Shown here in pieces: positions 49,226-58,961 of a stretch of 64,000 nt of DNA. Below the pieces are notes generated by a model. The model worked only from the letters and a program-made list of their open reading frames with translations, did not search any database and had not been told where the DNA came from. Numbering within the stretch: position 1 is the first letter of the stretch; every line of letters starts with the position of its first letter. Made by a program: the position numbers and the translations under genes. This DNA is from an uncultured Lachnospiraceae bacterium (lineage in GTDB: Bacteria; Bacillota; Clostridia; Lachnospirales; Lachnospiraceae). The stretch covers positions 2,058 through 66,057 of the forward strand of contig CACYHD010000001.1 of the NCBI GenBank assembly GCA_902774125.1. Direction: 5' to 3'.

Positions 49226-50485
49226 TTAATCTTCGTATGTCATTTTTCCTAACTTTTCATTTATTGTTTTCAGAGATCTCGAATAAGAACTAGGTTTTAC
49301 ATCAATAAATTCTGCAACCTCTTTATCCGTATATTCGACTCCTTTGAGAACCATATTGTAGTATATTCCATATAAATTCTCAGTAGATTCCGGTTCAGGC
49401 TCTACAGTACTTCTAGCATAGTCGTATTTGAACATTTTTCTCATAAAGTCACTGTCATCTTGAGACATTATTGTATATATCTCTTTGTTTCCAGCAGGCT
49501 CTTTATCGTAAAATTCTTTGCCGTCGTCTGTTTTGAGTTCTTTCATTATGTTTTTAGTCGCATCTAATGCCAAAATCGCACGGTGATTAGCTCTAGTTAA
49601 ACTCAAGTATCGTTTAAATAGTTCTTCCATTCCTGCTTTAATAGTCTGTGATTTATCATTAAACAAATTATCCAGCTGTTCTTTCTGTTTTTCGTCCTCT
49701 ATGTTGTCTATCAAACTTATTTCTTCATCACCGTCAAGAGAATTAATATGATCCGAAACAACCAAAACTCCTCCTGATTTCATGTATTTTTCAACTTGTT
49801 TGAAAGTCTCTTCAGTGTGTTTTTTGTATTGAGGATCATCTCTCATTATGTCAAGAATATCCTGCTCACTAAGACATGTATATGCAACATCCCCTTTCAT
49901 ATGCTCAAGAAATTCTTCCTCAATTGGACGCATATAATTAGGCTCTTCTTTCATCCTCTCAACAGCTTCCTCTTCAGTGTAATAATTACAATTCATTGAA
50001 GCATGAAGAGATCTCGCATCACAAATCAATTTGTAGACAGTTCTACTAATTCTAATAGGCTCTTCCTTTAGATAATAATCAATCCATACATTATCGTAAA
50101 CGCTACGATAGTATGTATAGAACTTTGCACCTTTAGTACTAGAAAAATACTTTAAAGCCCTTGTTACAGCTTCAAGAGCAGCGACGTTATCATACTCTGG
50201 AAGAAATGTATTGTCAGCCATTAATGAGCCATGCTTTTTGATTCCTTTAGTTCCAATAAATTTAATAGCACTATCAATCGCTTCATCGTAATCCTGATCG
50301 TCATCGATGTCATCATAATAAATTTTAGAATCTAGTTTTGATCCATCAAGATAATACACCAACAGAAGTATCTCATCACGATACTTGTTATCTACATCTT
50401 TTTCCAAAACCTCTTTACGTTTTTCATCACTCATTTGAAATAGAGGATGATTATTTAATTGTTCTAATTTCTCTTTCCTAGTCAT
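49226..50485 (-). CDS. divergent sigma70-family factor inside the cas operon
   Basis: Region 2-like ALKYFSSTKGAKFYTYY...EEPIRISR (compare AVEKFD..KG.KFSTYA...RTIRIP); region 3.2-like SLDGDEEISLIDNIED; region 4-like YTDKEVAEFIDVKPSSYSRSLKTINEKL. Confidence 0.75.
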   Translation of the reverse strand: MTRKEKLEQLNNHPLFQMSDEKRKEVLEKDVDNKYRDEILLLVYYLDGSKLDSKIYYDDIDDDQDYDEAIDSAIKFIGTKGIKKHGSLMADNTFLPEYDNVAALEAVTRALKYFSSTKGAKFYTYYRSVYDNVWIDYYLKEEPIRISRTVYKLICDARSLHASMNCNYYTEEEAVERMKEEPNYMRPIEEEFLEHMKGDVAYTCLSEQDILDIMRDDPQYKKHTEETFKQVEKYMKSGGVLVVSDHINSLDGDEEISLIDNIEDEKQKEQLDNLFNDKSQTIKAGMEELFKRYLSLTRANHRAILALDATKNIMKELKTDDGKEFYDKEPAGNKEIYTIMSQDDSDFMRKMFKYDYARSTVEPEPESTENLYGIYYNMVLKGVEYTDKEVAEFIDVKPSSYSRSLKTINEKLGKMTYED

Positions 50486-50495
50486 TTTCCGCTCC

Positions 50496-51107
50496 CTAAT
50501 CCATCTTTAATAGTTTCTTTAAGAATTCTTCTGGTTTCTGTAGTTTCAGATCATCAAGATCCTTAATAGTTCTATTCAAAAATACTAGATTAGTAATTTC
50601 GTAAAAGAATGCTTCTCTTTCTTTTCCTTCGTTTCTCTGTACTTCGCCGTAGTAAACGCCCTGCACCTTTACGTTGCGGCGAATGTACTCTAGTGAGTCA
50701 AGTAGGTATGCCATCATCAGTGACATAACCTTAGTTCCGTATGTTATACATGCGTATACATCAGAGTCTTCTTCTATAGCGTTAAGTACCTGCATGAATA
50801 GTTTTACGCCTGTGTCGTATTCTTGATTTTCTGGAACAGCGACATCCACTATCTGCTCTGGCTTAATGCCAAGCTCTGCTGCTTCATCGTAAAACATCTT
50901 TAAGTTAGTATCAGAATCATCATTTTTAAATCTTACTGTAATAACTTGTGTCTCGATTTCATCTTCCTGATATCTTTTGATTACAGGAATAATAGGAAAT
51001 CTTGTTTCCATGTTTGTGTCAAAATCTACTCCCTGAGTTCTCTTGTATACTTGAGGATTCAATTTCCCTCCCATCATAGGAATAACTGTAATAAATACAT
51101 TTTTCAT
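50496..51107 (-). CDS. stand-alone CARF-domain protein (TM1812-like), no effector domain
   Basis: VFITVIP N-terminal strand; VYACITYGTKVMS (compare DxTHG/DITYG); GVYYGE; 203 aa, no HEPN motif. Confidence 0.7.
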   Translation of the reverse strand: MKNVFITVIPMMGGKLNPQVYKRTQGVDFDTNMETRFPIIPVIKRYQEDEIETQVITVRFKNDDSDTNLKMFYDEAAELGIKPEQIVDVAVPENQEYDTGVKLFMQVLNAIEEDSDVYACITYGTKVMSLMMAYLLDSLEYIRRNVKVQGVYYGEVQRNEGKEREAFFYEITNLVFLNRTIKDLDDLKLQKPEEFLKKLLKMD

Positions 51108-51279
51108 AATTCTCCACCTTTCAATATTATTATCTTTTTGATTAATAATTGTCCTTTCTTAATTCTTATCTCCAACTACCAAACAACAAGTTTCGTCCTT
51201 TTGTTTCCAAACAGTTGGTATCTTTTTTTAATTATTTTCGTCTCATTTTTTGTTTCCCGATTACATTACTCTAGTTACT

Positions 51280-51308
51280 ATTATAGCCCTTCCCGCTTCT
51301 TTTCACAA
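51280..51308 (-). promoter_or_regulatory. possible sigmaA promoter for the CARF-sigma-cas operon
   Basis: TTGTGA-17-TATAAT on the minus strand. Confidence 0.45.
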
Positions 51309-51357
51309 CCAAAAACGGGTAATTCTTCCAAAAAAACGCACTTTTTATACCACCCCC

Positions 51358-53658
51358 TTATTCTACCTTGACTGTTAGTGTTGAAGGGTCTGATTCTAGC
51401 AAGTTGCCGTCATCTTCTGCGTCTTCTAATGAGCCTGTCACCTCAACCACTATTACATCGCCTACGTACACTTCTGATACTTCGAAATGGATTGCTCCGT
51501 CATCTGCTGGGTATGCTCTCTCTACCGGCTTGTCGCCGTTAATGCTGTATTTTACTGTATACATTTCTGGATCCAAGCCCTCTGAAGCTTCGTCTGGATT
51601 GATATCGAATTCAACTGTCTTTTTGGCCTTCTTCCACTGTGCATACATGCAAACTACTGCGCCATCTTTTTCGGCTAGATTCTTCACTGTGTCACCTGAA
51701 TTGTATACGTTCTCTGCATCATCCTCGTCCAAACTCCATCCTATGAACTTGTAACCGTCCCTTGTTGGAACCTCTTCTGTTAGTTTTGCTTCCTGGTCAT
51801 ATACACATTCAGTGTCCGCGATAGTGAAGGCGTTGCCACCGTTTTTCTTATACTGAATCTTGTAGTTGTTAGCTTCGTACTCAAGTTCTAGCTGGATAGT
51901 TCCGTTGGCCTTGGATAGCTTGCTAGCTGTAGTGTTGGCCTTAAAAACTGTGTCCGGCGCACTGTCGCCTGTGAACTTGTAACCGCTGATATGGTATCCC
52001 ACCTTGGCAAACTTCTCGTCGTCAGGATATGGCTGGAACTTAACCTCGTCGCTTACTGCAAGCTTATAGTCATCGCCGTCCTGGTATTCGCTCTTTTTCT
52101 TGCCATCAACAGTCAATAATTCAAAACCAAGTCCTTTGATAGTATATTTCTTGTCTCTTGTGACAGGCTTTACGATGTATACATACACATTGTTATTTAG
52201 AGGGAAAGATTTAATAGAGTCACCAGTTAGTGACTGTTGTGTCGTTTTAAATGCCATATTGTCAACAGTTAACACAACCACACCTACTAGTTCTTTATCA
52301 TCAGGTATTTTGAAAGAGTCTATTAAGTCAATTTTACTGTTACCAGCTACGTCTTTTTTACCATTCTCTGTCTCTACTCTAGTCTTTGCAGCCTTGACCT
52401 TAATTGCATCTCCGAACACACTATTTTCATATAAATACTCATACACATTGTAGTTATCAATCTCTATGTTACCTTTTTCTCTTTTAGGATTATCGCTGTC
52501 CTTTATAGGATTATCATTAAACGAAGTCTCATCCATTTCTCCCATCTCTTTTCCTTTCAAAACAACCTTAGAAATATTATTTCCTTCAAATGCATAGTAT
52601 CCAACCGATGGTTTATTTCCCGCTAGAACAACCTCTACCAACTCATTGTTTCCAAAAGAACAATCATCAATTTCTACATTATCACCACTTATAGTTACTT
52701 TTTTAATATTATTTCCCCAAAATGCTTCCTCACCAATTTTCTTAACACTTGCAGGTATATTTATATCAGTTATATTATTCTCATAAAATGCGACTGAACT
52801 TATTTCTTTTACCGCATTCCCCAATTTCACAGTTTTAATAGCGTTATTACTGAAGCAAAATCCTCCTATCTTCTTTACTCCATTAGGAATAATTACTGTT
52901 CCTGCTATATTATTATTTTCAAATGCGCCACTACCAAGTTTAGCTAAAGACTGTGGAAAACTAACACTTTTTAAATTGCACTCCATAAAGGCGCTTTCTT
53001 CTATGTTCTTCAAATTAGCGCACTGAGACAAGTTAACGCTTCCCAAACTGTCATTTTCAGAAAATGCGCACACTCCAATCTTTTCAATAGACTTAGGAAG
53101 ATTAATGCTCTTTAAATTATTATTAGAAAATGCCCCCCATTCATACTCTTCATCCTCAGATGGTCCATTACATATCTTTTTCAACTTGCTATCTGCCGGA
53201 AACTCTACGCTAGTTAGACAACATTCTGAGAAGGCTGAACCACCTATTTCTGTAACATTCTTAGGGATTACAACTTTAGATACATATTTGTAAAAAGCTT
53301 CTGAGTGAGCATCCTTTTTCTTATTCTTTCTAGCCTCCTTACACTGCTTGCACTCGCATTCGTAGTTCTGATCATTAAGAATCTTAGTTACATTGTAGCT
53401 TTTCTTGTCGATCTTAACTGTGTTAGGATAGCTAATAGTTTTGTCCGCTTTAGTAATTTTCTGAGTACGAACACGTAGTCCAACAGAGTTAGTATCCTTG
53501 TAGTAATAGTAATGCCACTTATCGTTGTCACATGTTCCACTTATATTCTTAGGGCCTGCCGCCTTTACCTCCTTCGCGCCTAGATGCAATCCGCCTAATA
53601 ATGTTGATACTGCCAAAACACTTGCTACAACCATTGAAATAACTTTTTTCATTTTCAT
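51358..53658 (-). CDS. secreted BspA-type leucine-rich-repeat surface protein with InlB B-repeat-like domain
   Basis: Signal peptide; repeats IP..VT.IG..AF..N.L..V; PTRDGYKFIGWS. Confidence 0.85.
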   Translation of the reverse strand: MKMKKVISMVVASVLAVSTLLGGLHLGAKEVKAAGPKNISGTCDNDKWHYYYYKDTNSVGLRVRTQKITKADKTISYPNTVKIDKKSYNVTKILNDQNYECECKQCKEARKNKKKDAHSEAFYKYVSKVVIPKNVTEIGGSAFSECCLTSVEFPADSKLKKICNGPSEDEEYEWGAFSNNNLKSINLPKSIEKIGVCAFSENDSLGSVNLSQCANLKNIEESAFMECNLKSVSFPQSLAKLGSGAFENNNIAGTVIIPNGVKKIGGFCFSNNAIKTVKLGNAVKEISSVAFYENNITDINIPASVKKIGEEAFWGNNIKKVTISGDNVEIDDCSFGNNELVEVVLAGNKPSVGYYAFEGNNISKVVLKGKEMGEMDETSFNDNPIKDSDNPKREKGNIEIDNYNVYEYLYENSVFGDAIKVKAAKTRVETENGKKDVAGNSKIDLIDSFKIPDDKELVGVVVLTVDNMAFKTTQQSLTGDSIKSFPLNNNVYVYIVKPVTRDKKYTIKGLGFELLTVDGKKKSEYQDGDDYKLAVSDEVKFQPYPDDEKFAKVGYHISGYKFTGDSAPDTVFKANTTASKLSKANGTIQLELEYEANNYKIQYKKNGGNAFTIADTECVYDQEAKLTEEVPTRDGYKFIGWSLDEDDAENVYNSGDTVKNLAEKDGAVVCMYAQWKKAKKTVEFDINPDEASEGLDPEMYTVKYSINGDKPVERAYPADDGAIHFEVSEVYVGDVIVVEVTGSLEDAEDDGNLLESDPSTLTVKVE

Positions 53659-53698
53659 AATAAAACTCCTTTCAGACTCGTTTATTGTTCTCTATTTA

Positions 53699-53729
53699 TA
53701 TATACTGTCATTTCACAAGGGAATTAACA
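53699..53729 (-). promoter_or_regulatory. bipartite motif copy 3
   Basis: TATATACTGTC-N12-AATTAACA; 40 nt upstream of ATG 53658. Confidence 0.75.
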
Positions 53730-53836
53730 CTTTTGATGAAAAATATTTTTCCATCAATATCCCCGGCACTATCGTGTTTCACTAGCACCCTGCCGGAACA
53801 CTACTTTCCAGCACCAGGCAACATCCTGCCACAACG

Positions 53837-54913
53837 CTACATCTCCATCACCATGCAGTTTCCAGCATCCTCGATTCCGCTGTCATCGCGCATCTCCTTA
53901 GGTCTCACATAGATAATCTTCGCGTACTGCTGGTTGATTCCATTGCACATGATATACTCGGCCACAGTTTTCTCGTCGCTGTCTGCGTAAGTTTCCAGAA
54001 CAGTTTTGACCTCGTTGTCATAGTCGTCGATTGAAGAGATATGCTTCTCAGGCGCAACGGCATTCTTCTGAGTATCCATTCTGTAGATCGTGTGGCCTAG
54101 ATTCTCTTCAAGTAGCAGTCTGGACACGTCGAACACTCTTCCGATAATGCGATTGTTAGTCTCCTTATCCTCGTGTGGCGCGTAGTCGCAAACTATCATT
54201 ATTGAATTATCGTTAGGGGTATCCAGCTCTTTGACTAGTAGCTTGTCATCTGTTGCGGCCGAAAGATTCCAGTGAATATTCTTAATGTTGTCGCCCATTC
54301 GATACTCCCTAATTTGAAGAATCTCAGACACGTCATTGCCCACAACATGCTTGTAAGTTAGCTCGTCGCCCTCTGAAACCGTGTCCTCAAGTTCCGCGAT
54401 ATATGTCTCGCTCTCGTTAGGATAAATGTACGCGCAACCCTCAACGTTAACCTTCTTAGTTCTGTATGTTATATCGAACCAGTCGTAAATCTTGCACTCC
54501 TCAACCTTGATGTCAATTCGTCCACAGTACTTGCACTTAAGAGGAACCCTAATAGGCTTAACCTTTCTAGACTGTCTTCCGCGAATAGATATGTCGAACT
54601 TCACGCTCTCACTGCTGCCAAAAACAGCGTTGTCGCACTTGATACTGTTCTCGACGTGGTTAGCAGGGAAGATGCATCTATTGATTGGTGTGATCTGGAT
54701 GTAGCTTTTACCTGTCTCGTTGTCATAAACTATCTCGTACTTTATCTTTACGCTTTTGCACACAATCTGGTTGATCAAAACAACTAGACCTAATGCCCCT
54801 ACTGTGAATAGAAGCGCCCAAAGAGTAAGCTTAACGTTTGTTTTGACAAAAATAACTCCAAGTAATAAAACAATTCCTGCATAACCGATTCTGTTCTTCA
54901 TTTCATTCACCAT
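53837..54913 (-). CDS. DUF58-family protein
   Basis: N-terminal TM helices; QIREYRMGDNIKNIHWNLSA...LLVKE; MoxR operon context. Confidence 0.85.
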   Translation of the reverse strand: MVNEMKNRIGYAGIVLLLGVIFVKTNVKLTLWALLFTVGALGLVVLINQIVCKSVKIKYEIVYDNETGKSYIQITPINRCIFPANHVENSIKCDNAVFGSSESVKFDISIRGRQSRKVKPIRVPLKCKYCGRIDIKVEECKIYDWFDITYRTKKVNVEGCAYIYPNESETYIAELEDTVSEGDELTYKHVVGNDVSEILQIREYRMGDNIKNIHWNLSAATDDKLLVKELDTPNDNSIMIVCDYAPHEDKETNNRIIGRVFDVSRLLLEENLGHTIYRMDTQKNAVAPEKHISSIDDYDNEVKTVLETYADSDEKTVAEYIMCNGINQQYAKIIYVRPKEMRDDSGIEDAGNCMVMEM

Positions 54914-54926
54914 TTCCTTTCATTAA

Positions 54927-57212
54927 TTATCTTAAGCCTTTCCAGACAACCATCTTGATTTTGGTACCAAGCTTGGCCTCTTTCCATCTTTCATCTGTCA
55001 CAGTTTCCATAGTCTCAATCATCAAGTCGGCGTCTCTTTCCTGTATCTCATAGCGGCTGAACTTAATCTTCTCTAGTAGTTCGTAAACTTCCTCGCTCAC
55101 CATATCCTTAAGCTCTACGCCTGTAGCCTCGCACATATCGTAGATGTACTTAGACGCTGCACCCACTCTAATGTCTAGGTTCTCGCTGTCTAAGCGATTG
55201 TTGCGGATGCGCTTGATAACTAGTCTTCTAATAGCGAGAGCTATAATAGCCAAAACTATCAAAACACCTATAACTATTCCAATCATTATTAAGATTTCTA
55301 TCAATCTCTGGTTGTAACTCTTGCGTTCCTTGCTTCTAGATGATCCACCTGAGCCACCGCCGCCTACCTGAGGCTCTGTGCTCTTAAGTGAACTTCCGCC
55401 ACCCTGGTCATCTTCCTTGTAAAAGCCAGGTGTAACCTCGACTGGTGTGAAACCAAGTCCTGCAATATATATCTCAACCCAGGCATGTGCCTTGTCGTTT
55501 TTAATCTTTACTTCAGTGCTCTTAACTTCGTTAGCTGCATAGTAGCCTTCCACATATCTCGCTGGAATCCCATAATATCTAAACATCAATGTCGCAACTG
55601 TCGCGAAGTGTGGAGAGAAGCCTCTCTTGTCCTTAAGAAGAATCTGCTCAAGGTAGTTGCCGTCAGGATTGTACTCTGCACATTTTTTGCTGTACTTGAT
55701 ATGCCCCTTCAAGTAACTTCTTACTGTTGATATCGCATCATCTATATTGTTGCTGCATGCTGGGATGTTTTGTTCTAGAATCGCTTTTTCATCGGCTGGA
55801 ACATCCCTGTACGCCTTAGTGTTTACGAACTTGCGATACTCAGTCTCGACAGTGGCGAACTGCTGCTGATTAGATGTCTTAAACTCCTGATTCTCATACC
55901 ACTGTGCCTGAGATAACTTGATGTAATCACCATCACTAATCGCCTTAGTAGTAAATGTGTACTCGCTCACCTTTCCCATAAAAGAACATCTGAAGTTCAC
56001 GTCGTTCTTAGAATCAACCAGTCCGTTAAGATTATCAAGCGTTTCTGTAACGTACTGGTACTTCTGTGACGCACTCACATTGTTGATATGAATAGTATTC
56101 TGCTGAATCTCATTCTCATCGATTTCCTTGGCCTCCCAAGTACAACTTGTAAAGAAAGCATTCTGTGTCAAAGGATATATTCTGTTTTGGTAAAAGAAAT
56201 CCATAATGCCTGTTGGATAAACATTCTCGTCGTTGTCGCTCCACCCCTTCTCAGTGTACTTGCAACCCACATAGCCCTTAAGATGTAACTCGCAACCCTC
56301 TTCCATCTTCACGTTAAGTCTGACCTCATTATCCTTGGCAGGATACTCGTGAAATCTCTTGAACGCGCCCTCAGGATAGTCGCTCTTGCCGTAATAAATG
56401 TTCTCAAGTCTGTATGACACCTCATCTCTTAGATCATCGATGCTAGTCAAACCTTCATATCTAGCCCAAGTCAAAAACGCTGCTGAACAAGCTAGAAGCA
56501 CACCAAGAATCACCCATACAACCTTTGCGTTCCTGCTACCCTTAGTCATCTTGATATTAGATAGATATAGAACAGCAAAAATTGAAAGAAGTGCTGCAAC
56601 AACGTAGGCTACCTTGCCCTCACCCTTGAACCAGATGTTGGCCATGGTTGACATAATTAGCAGAGCACTTATAATGTAAGTTCTTCTGAAGTACAATAAA
56701 AAAGCCACAACCGCTGTGACTATAAATGTAATCGCGCAGTACGCTAAGACGATATCTATGTTCATACTCTTAAGGTTTTCAACATATGCGATATGGTTTT
56801 CTGCCATGTTTTTGTTGATGGTTCTGATAACGCTGTTCACGATTCCCATCATTCCGTTCTCTGTAAATAGTACAAGCGCTAAAGTAGGAACAACGATTTC
56901 AAGTAATGTTATAGACATTACCTTAGTAAATGACGCGCTACGCTTAGTCAAAAGTTTGAATAGAAAAGCTGACAAAAACGCTGCAAACACACTCGCATAC
57001 GCAATTAAGGAAATTCCAAGGAAGTGATTAGCGATATTAAGTATTCCGAATCCCTCACCAAAACCAAGTGTCATAACGATTGCACATATTGAAGTTAGAA
57101 GCACGAACATAGGGATGTTGCTCATAGATTTAGCCTCAACTGAAGAAAGGTCTACTGATACATCGCTTGTCTTTTTCACTCTCTGAATGTTTTCTCTTCT
57201 TAGTTTTTTCAT
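54927..57212 (-). CDS. membrane transglutaminase-like domain protein
   Basis: Multiple TM helices; RGFSPHFAT...GIPARYVEGY...HAWVEIY. Confidence 0.85.
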   Translation of the reverse strand: MKKLRRENIQRVKKTSDVSVDLSSVEAKSMSNIPMFVLLTSICAIVMTLGFGEGFGILNIANHFLGISLIAYASVFAAFLSAFLFKLLTKRSASFTKVMSITLLEIVVPTLALVLFTENGMMGIVNSVIRTINKNMAENHIAYVENLKSMNIDIVLAYCAITFIVTAVVAFLLYFRRTYIISALLIMSTMANIWFKGEGKVAYVVAALLSIFAVLYLSNIKMTKGSRNAKVVWVILGVLLACSAAFLTWARYEGLTSIDDLRDEVSYRLENIYYGKSDYPEGAFKRFHEYPAKDNEVRLNVKMEEGCELHLKGYVGCKYTEKGWSDNDENVYPTGIMDFFYQNRIYPLTQNAFFTSCTWEAKEIDENEIQQNTIHINNVSASQKYQYVTETLDNLNGLVDSKNDVNFRCSFMGKVSEYTFTTKAISDGDYIKLSQAQWYENQEFKTSNQQQFATVETEYRKFVNTKAYRDVPADEKAILEQNIPACSNNIDDAISTVRSYLKGHIKYSKKCAEYNPDGNYLEQILLKDKRGFSPHFATVATLMFRYYGIPARYVEGYYAANEVKSTEVKIKNDKAHAWVEIYIAGLGFTPVEVTPGFYKEDDQGGGSSLKSTEPQVGGGGSGGSSRSKERKSYNQRLIEILIMIGIVIGVLIVLAIIALAIRRLVIKRIRNNRLDSENLDIRVGAASKYIYDMCEATGVELKDMVSEEVYELLEKIKFSRYEIQERDADLMIETMETVTDERWKEAKLGTKIKMVVWKGLR

Positions 57213-57250
57213 AACGTTACCTCCTTGGTTTTTCTATCATTTTATTACGA

Positions 57251-57850
57251 TTAGTCGGCGTCCTTGATGTTGTATGAGATCACAGGTTTCTTAACTGCCT
57301 TAACTACGTCGCCCACCTGGTCACTGTCGCCGTTCTCTCTGCCTTCATTACCATCTACTGCGTTACCACTGTTGCCGTTTCCTGCACCGTTGCCGTCACG
57401 TCCCTGCTCGCCAAAACCGCCGTCACCATTACCACTGTTGCCTTTACCCTTACCAGTCTTACCCTTGCGGCCATGTGACTTAGTGTCATTTCCTCGTCTC
57501 TCGCCCTGCTGCTTCTGTTCTGGCATATCCTGCTTTTCCATATTGTTCTTATTCTGCTCGGCTTTCTCAGGCTGCTCTATGTTAGGCATAGTCTGATCCT
57601 GCTTTACAGTCTCTTCATCCTGGCGCTGTTCCTGCTTAGTCTGCTCCTGATTCTGCTCTTCCTTCTTCTTATTAGCATTGTCACCATTTCCATCGTTACG
57701 GTTACCCGTCTTCTTCTTAAGGGACTTAGCCTGCTTTTCGAACTTGAAGGTTGGAGCCTCATACTTGGCCTCTTGCTTTTTGCATCCTGTTAATACTACT
57801 GAACCGATAATCATCATTGCCAAAAACATAATTCCAAATAACTTTTTCAT
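57251..57850 (-). CDS. low-complexity lipoprotein (Gln/Glu-rich and Gly/Asn-rich)
   Basis: Lipobox LTGC; GNGDGG/GNGAGNGNSG segments. Confidence 0.65.
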   Translation of the reverse strand: MKKLFGIMFLAMMIIGSVVLTGCKKQEAKYEAPTFKFEKQAKSLKKKTGNRNDGNGDNANKKKEEQNQEQTKQEQRQDEETVKQDQTMPNIEQPEKAEQNKNNMEKQDMPEQKQQGERRGNDTKSHGRKGKTGKGKGNSGNGDGGFGEQGRDGNGAGNGNSGNAVDGNEGRENGDSDQVGDVVKAVKKPVISYNIKDAD

Positions 57851-57921
57851 CTCTCTTACCTCCTAAAATTCAAAAATGTATTGTTGTTCAAATTAGTTAT
57901 TTATACTAGATTGGTGCGGCA

Positions 57922-58920
57922 TTACACCGCCTTGATGTCAAACATACCGTTGTAGTCGTTTCTGTAACCTGCCACCTGAGGTGCAACTACAGCACCCAGC
58001 ATCTCGCTAAGCACCTTGCCTATAGCGTTTTCTTCTCGTCTATATGATGGTGTTAAGATTAGTCTGTGTGAGAAGACACTAGGAATAACCTGCTGAACAT
58101 CCTCTACTGTCACATAATCTCTGCCGCTGATGAACGCATGTGCCTTAGCCATCTTAGTAAGCGCCTTGGCTCCTCTAGGACTGATTCCAACTGTAATCTT
58201 ATCTTTTTGGTTACGAGTGTAAGCACATAGTCTAACTATATATCTAGCTACGTTCTCGTCCATGTAAGTCTTCTTAACCTCCTGTCTCATATGATTCATC
58301 TCTTCGGCGTTAATCACTGCCATTACTCTATCTAGTGAGTTGCTTCCGTTGTCGTCCATTAGCATTGAAACCTCACCTTCCTCGTCAGGATAACCCATGC
58401 TAGTCTTAATAATGAATCTGTCTAGCTGAGCCTCTGGAAGCTGCTGTGTACCGCCACTAGTGTTAGGGTTCTGAGTCGCAATTACCATAAATGGTGAAGG
58501 AAGTTCCCTAGTCTTACCGTCCGCTGTAACTGTACACTCCTCCATAACCTCTAGTAACGCAGCCTGAGTCTTGCCAGATGTTCGGTTAATCTCGTCCGCT
58601 AGTAGGATGTTAGTGAACACTGGGCCTCCTTCAAAATGCTTCTTATATTGTTCTCTTCCATCCTCGAATTTCTTCTCCATCATAACCATTCCAACTATAT
58701 CTGTAGGCATAGTGTCCGGTGTAAACTGAATTCTCTTCTGGTCAACCGCCATAGCCCTAGACAGAGTCTTAGCCAATACAGTCTTACCCAATCCCGGATT
58801 ATCCTCAAGTAACACGTGTCCTGATGCAAGCATCGCCATTACAACCTCTATAATCTTATCGTCTTTACCCTTAATAACTTTCTTAACCTCATTTACTAAT
58901 TCATTAATCATCTTGTTCAT
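57922..58920 (-). CDS. moxR: MoxR-family AAA+ ATPase
   Basis: GHVLLEDNPGLGKT, RIQFTPD, LADEINR, ATQNP, LPEAQLDRF and SPRG; start MNKMIN at 58920. Confidence 0.93.
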   Translation of the reverse strand: MNKMINELVNEVKKVIKGKDDKIIEVVMAMLASGHVLLEDNPGLGKTVLAKTLSRAMAVDQKRIQFTPDTMPTDIVGMVMMEKKFEDGREQYKKHFEGGPVFTNILLADEINRTSGKTQAALLEVMEECTVTADGKTRELPSPFMVIATQNPNTSGGTQQLPEAQLDRFIIKTSMGYPDEEGEVSMLMDDNGSNSLDRVMAVINAEEMNHMRQEVKKTYMDENVARYIVRLCAYTRNQKDKITVGISPRGAKALTKMAKAHAFISGRDYVTVEDVQQVIPSVFSHRLILTPSYRREENAIGKVLSEMLGAVVAPQVAGYRNDYNGMFDIKAV

Positions 58921-58961
58921 AATAAACTCCTTTCGAATCATCAATTATTTACTCACACTAA

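Noticed and set aside
53761-53835. GC-rich segment with a CCGGCA...TGCCGG stem
   Set aside because: No U-tract and no recognisable RNA family; too weak to call.
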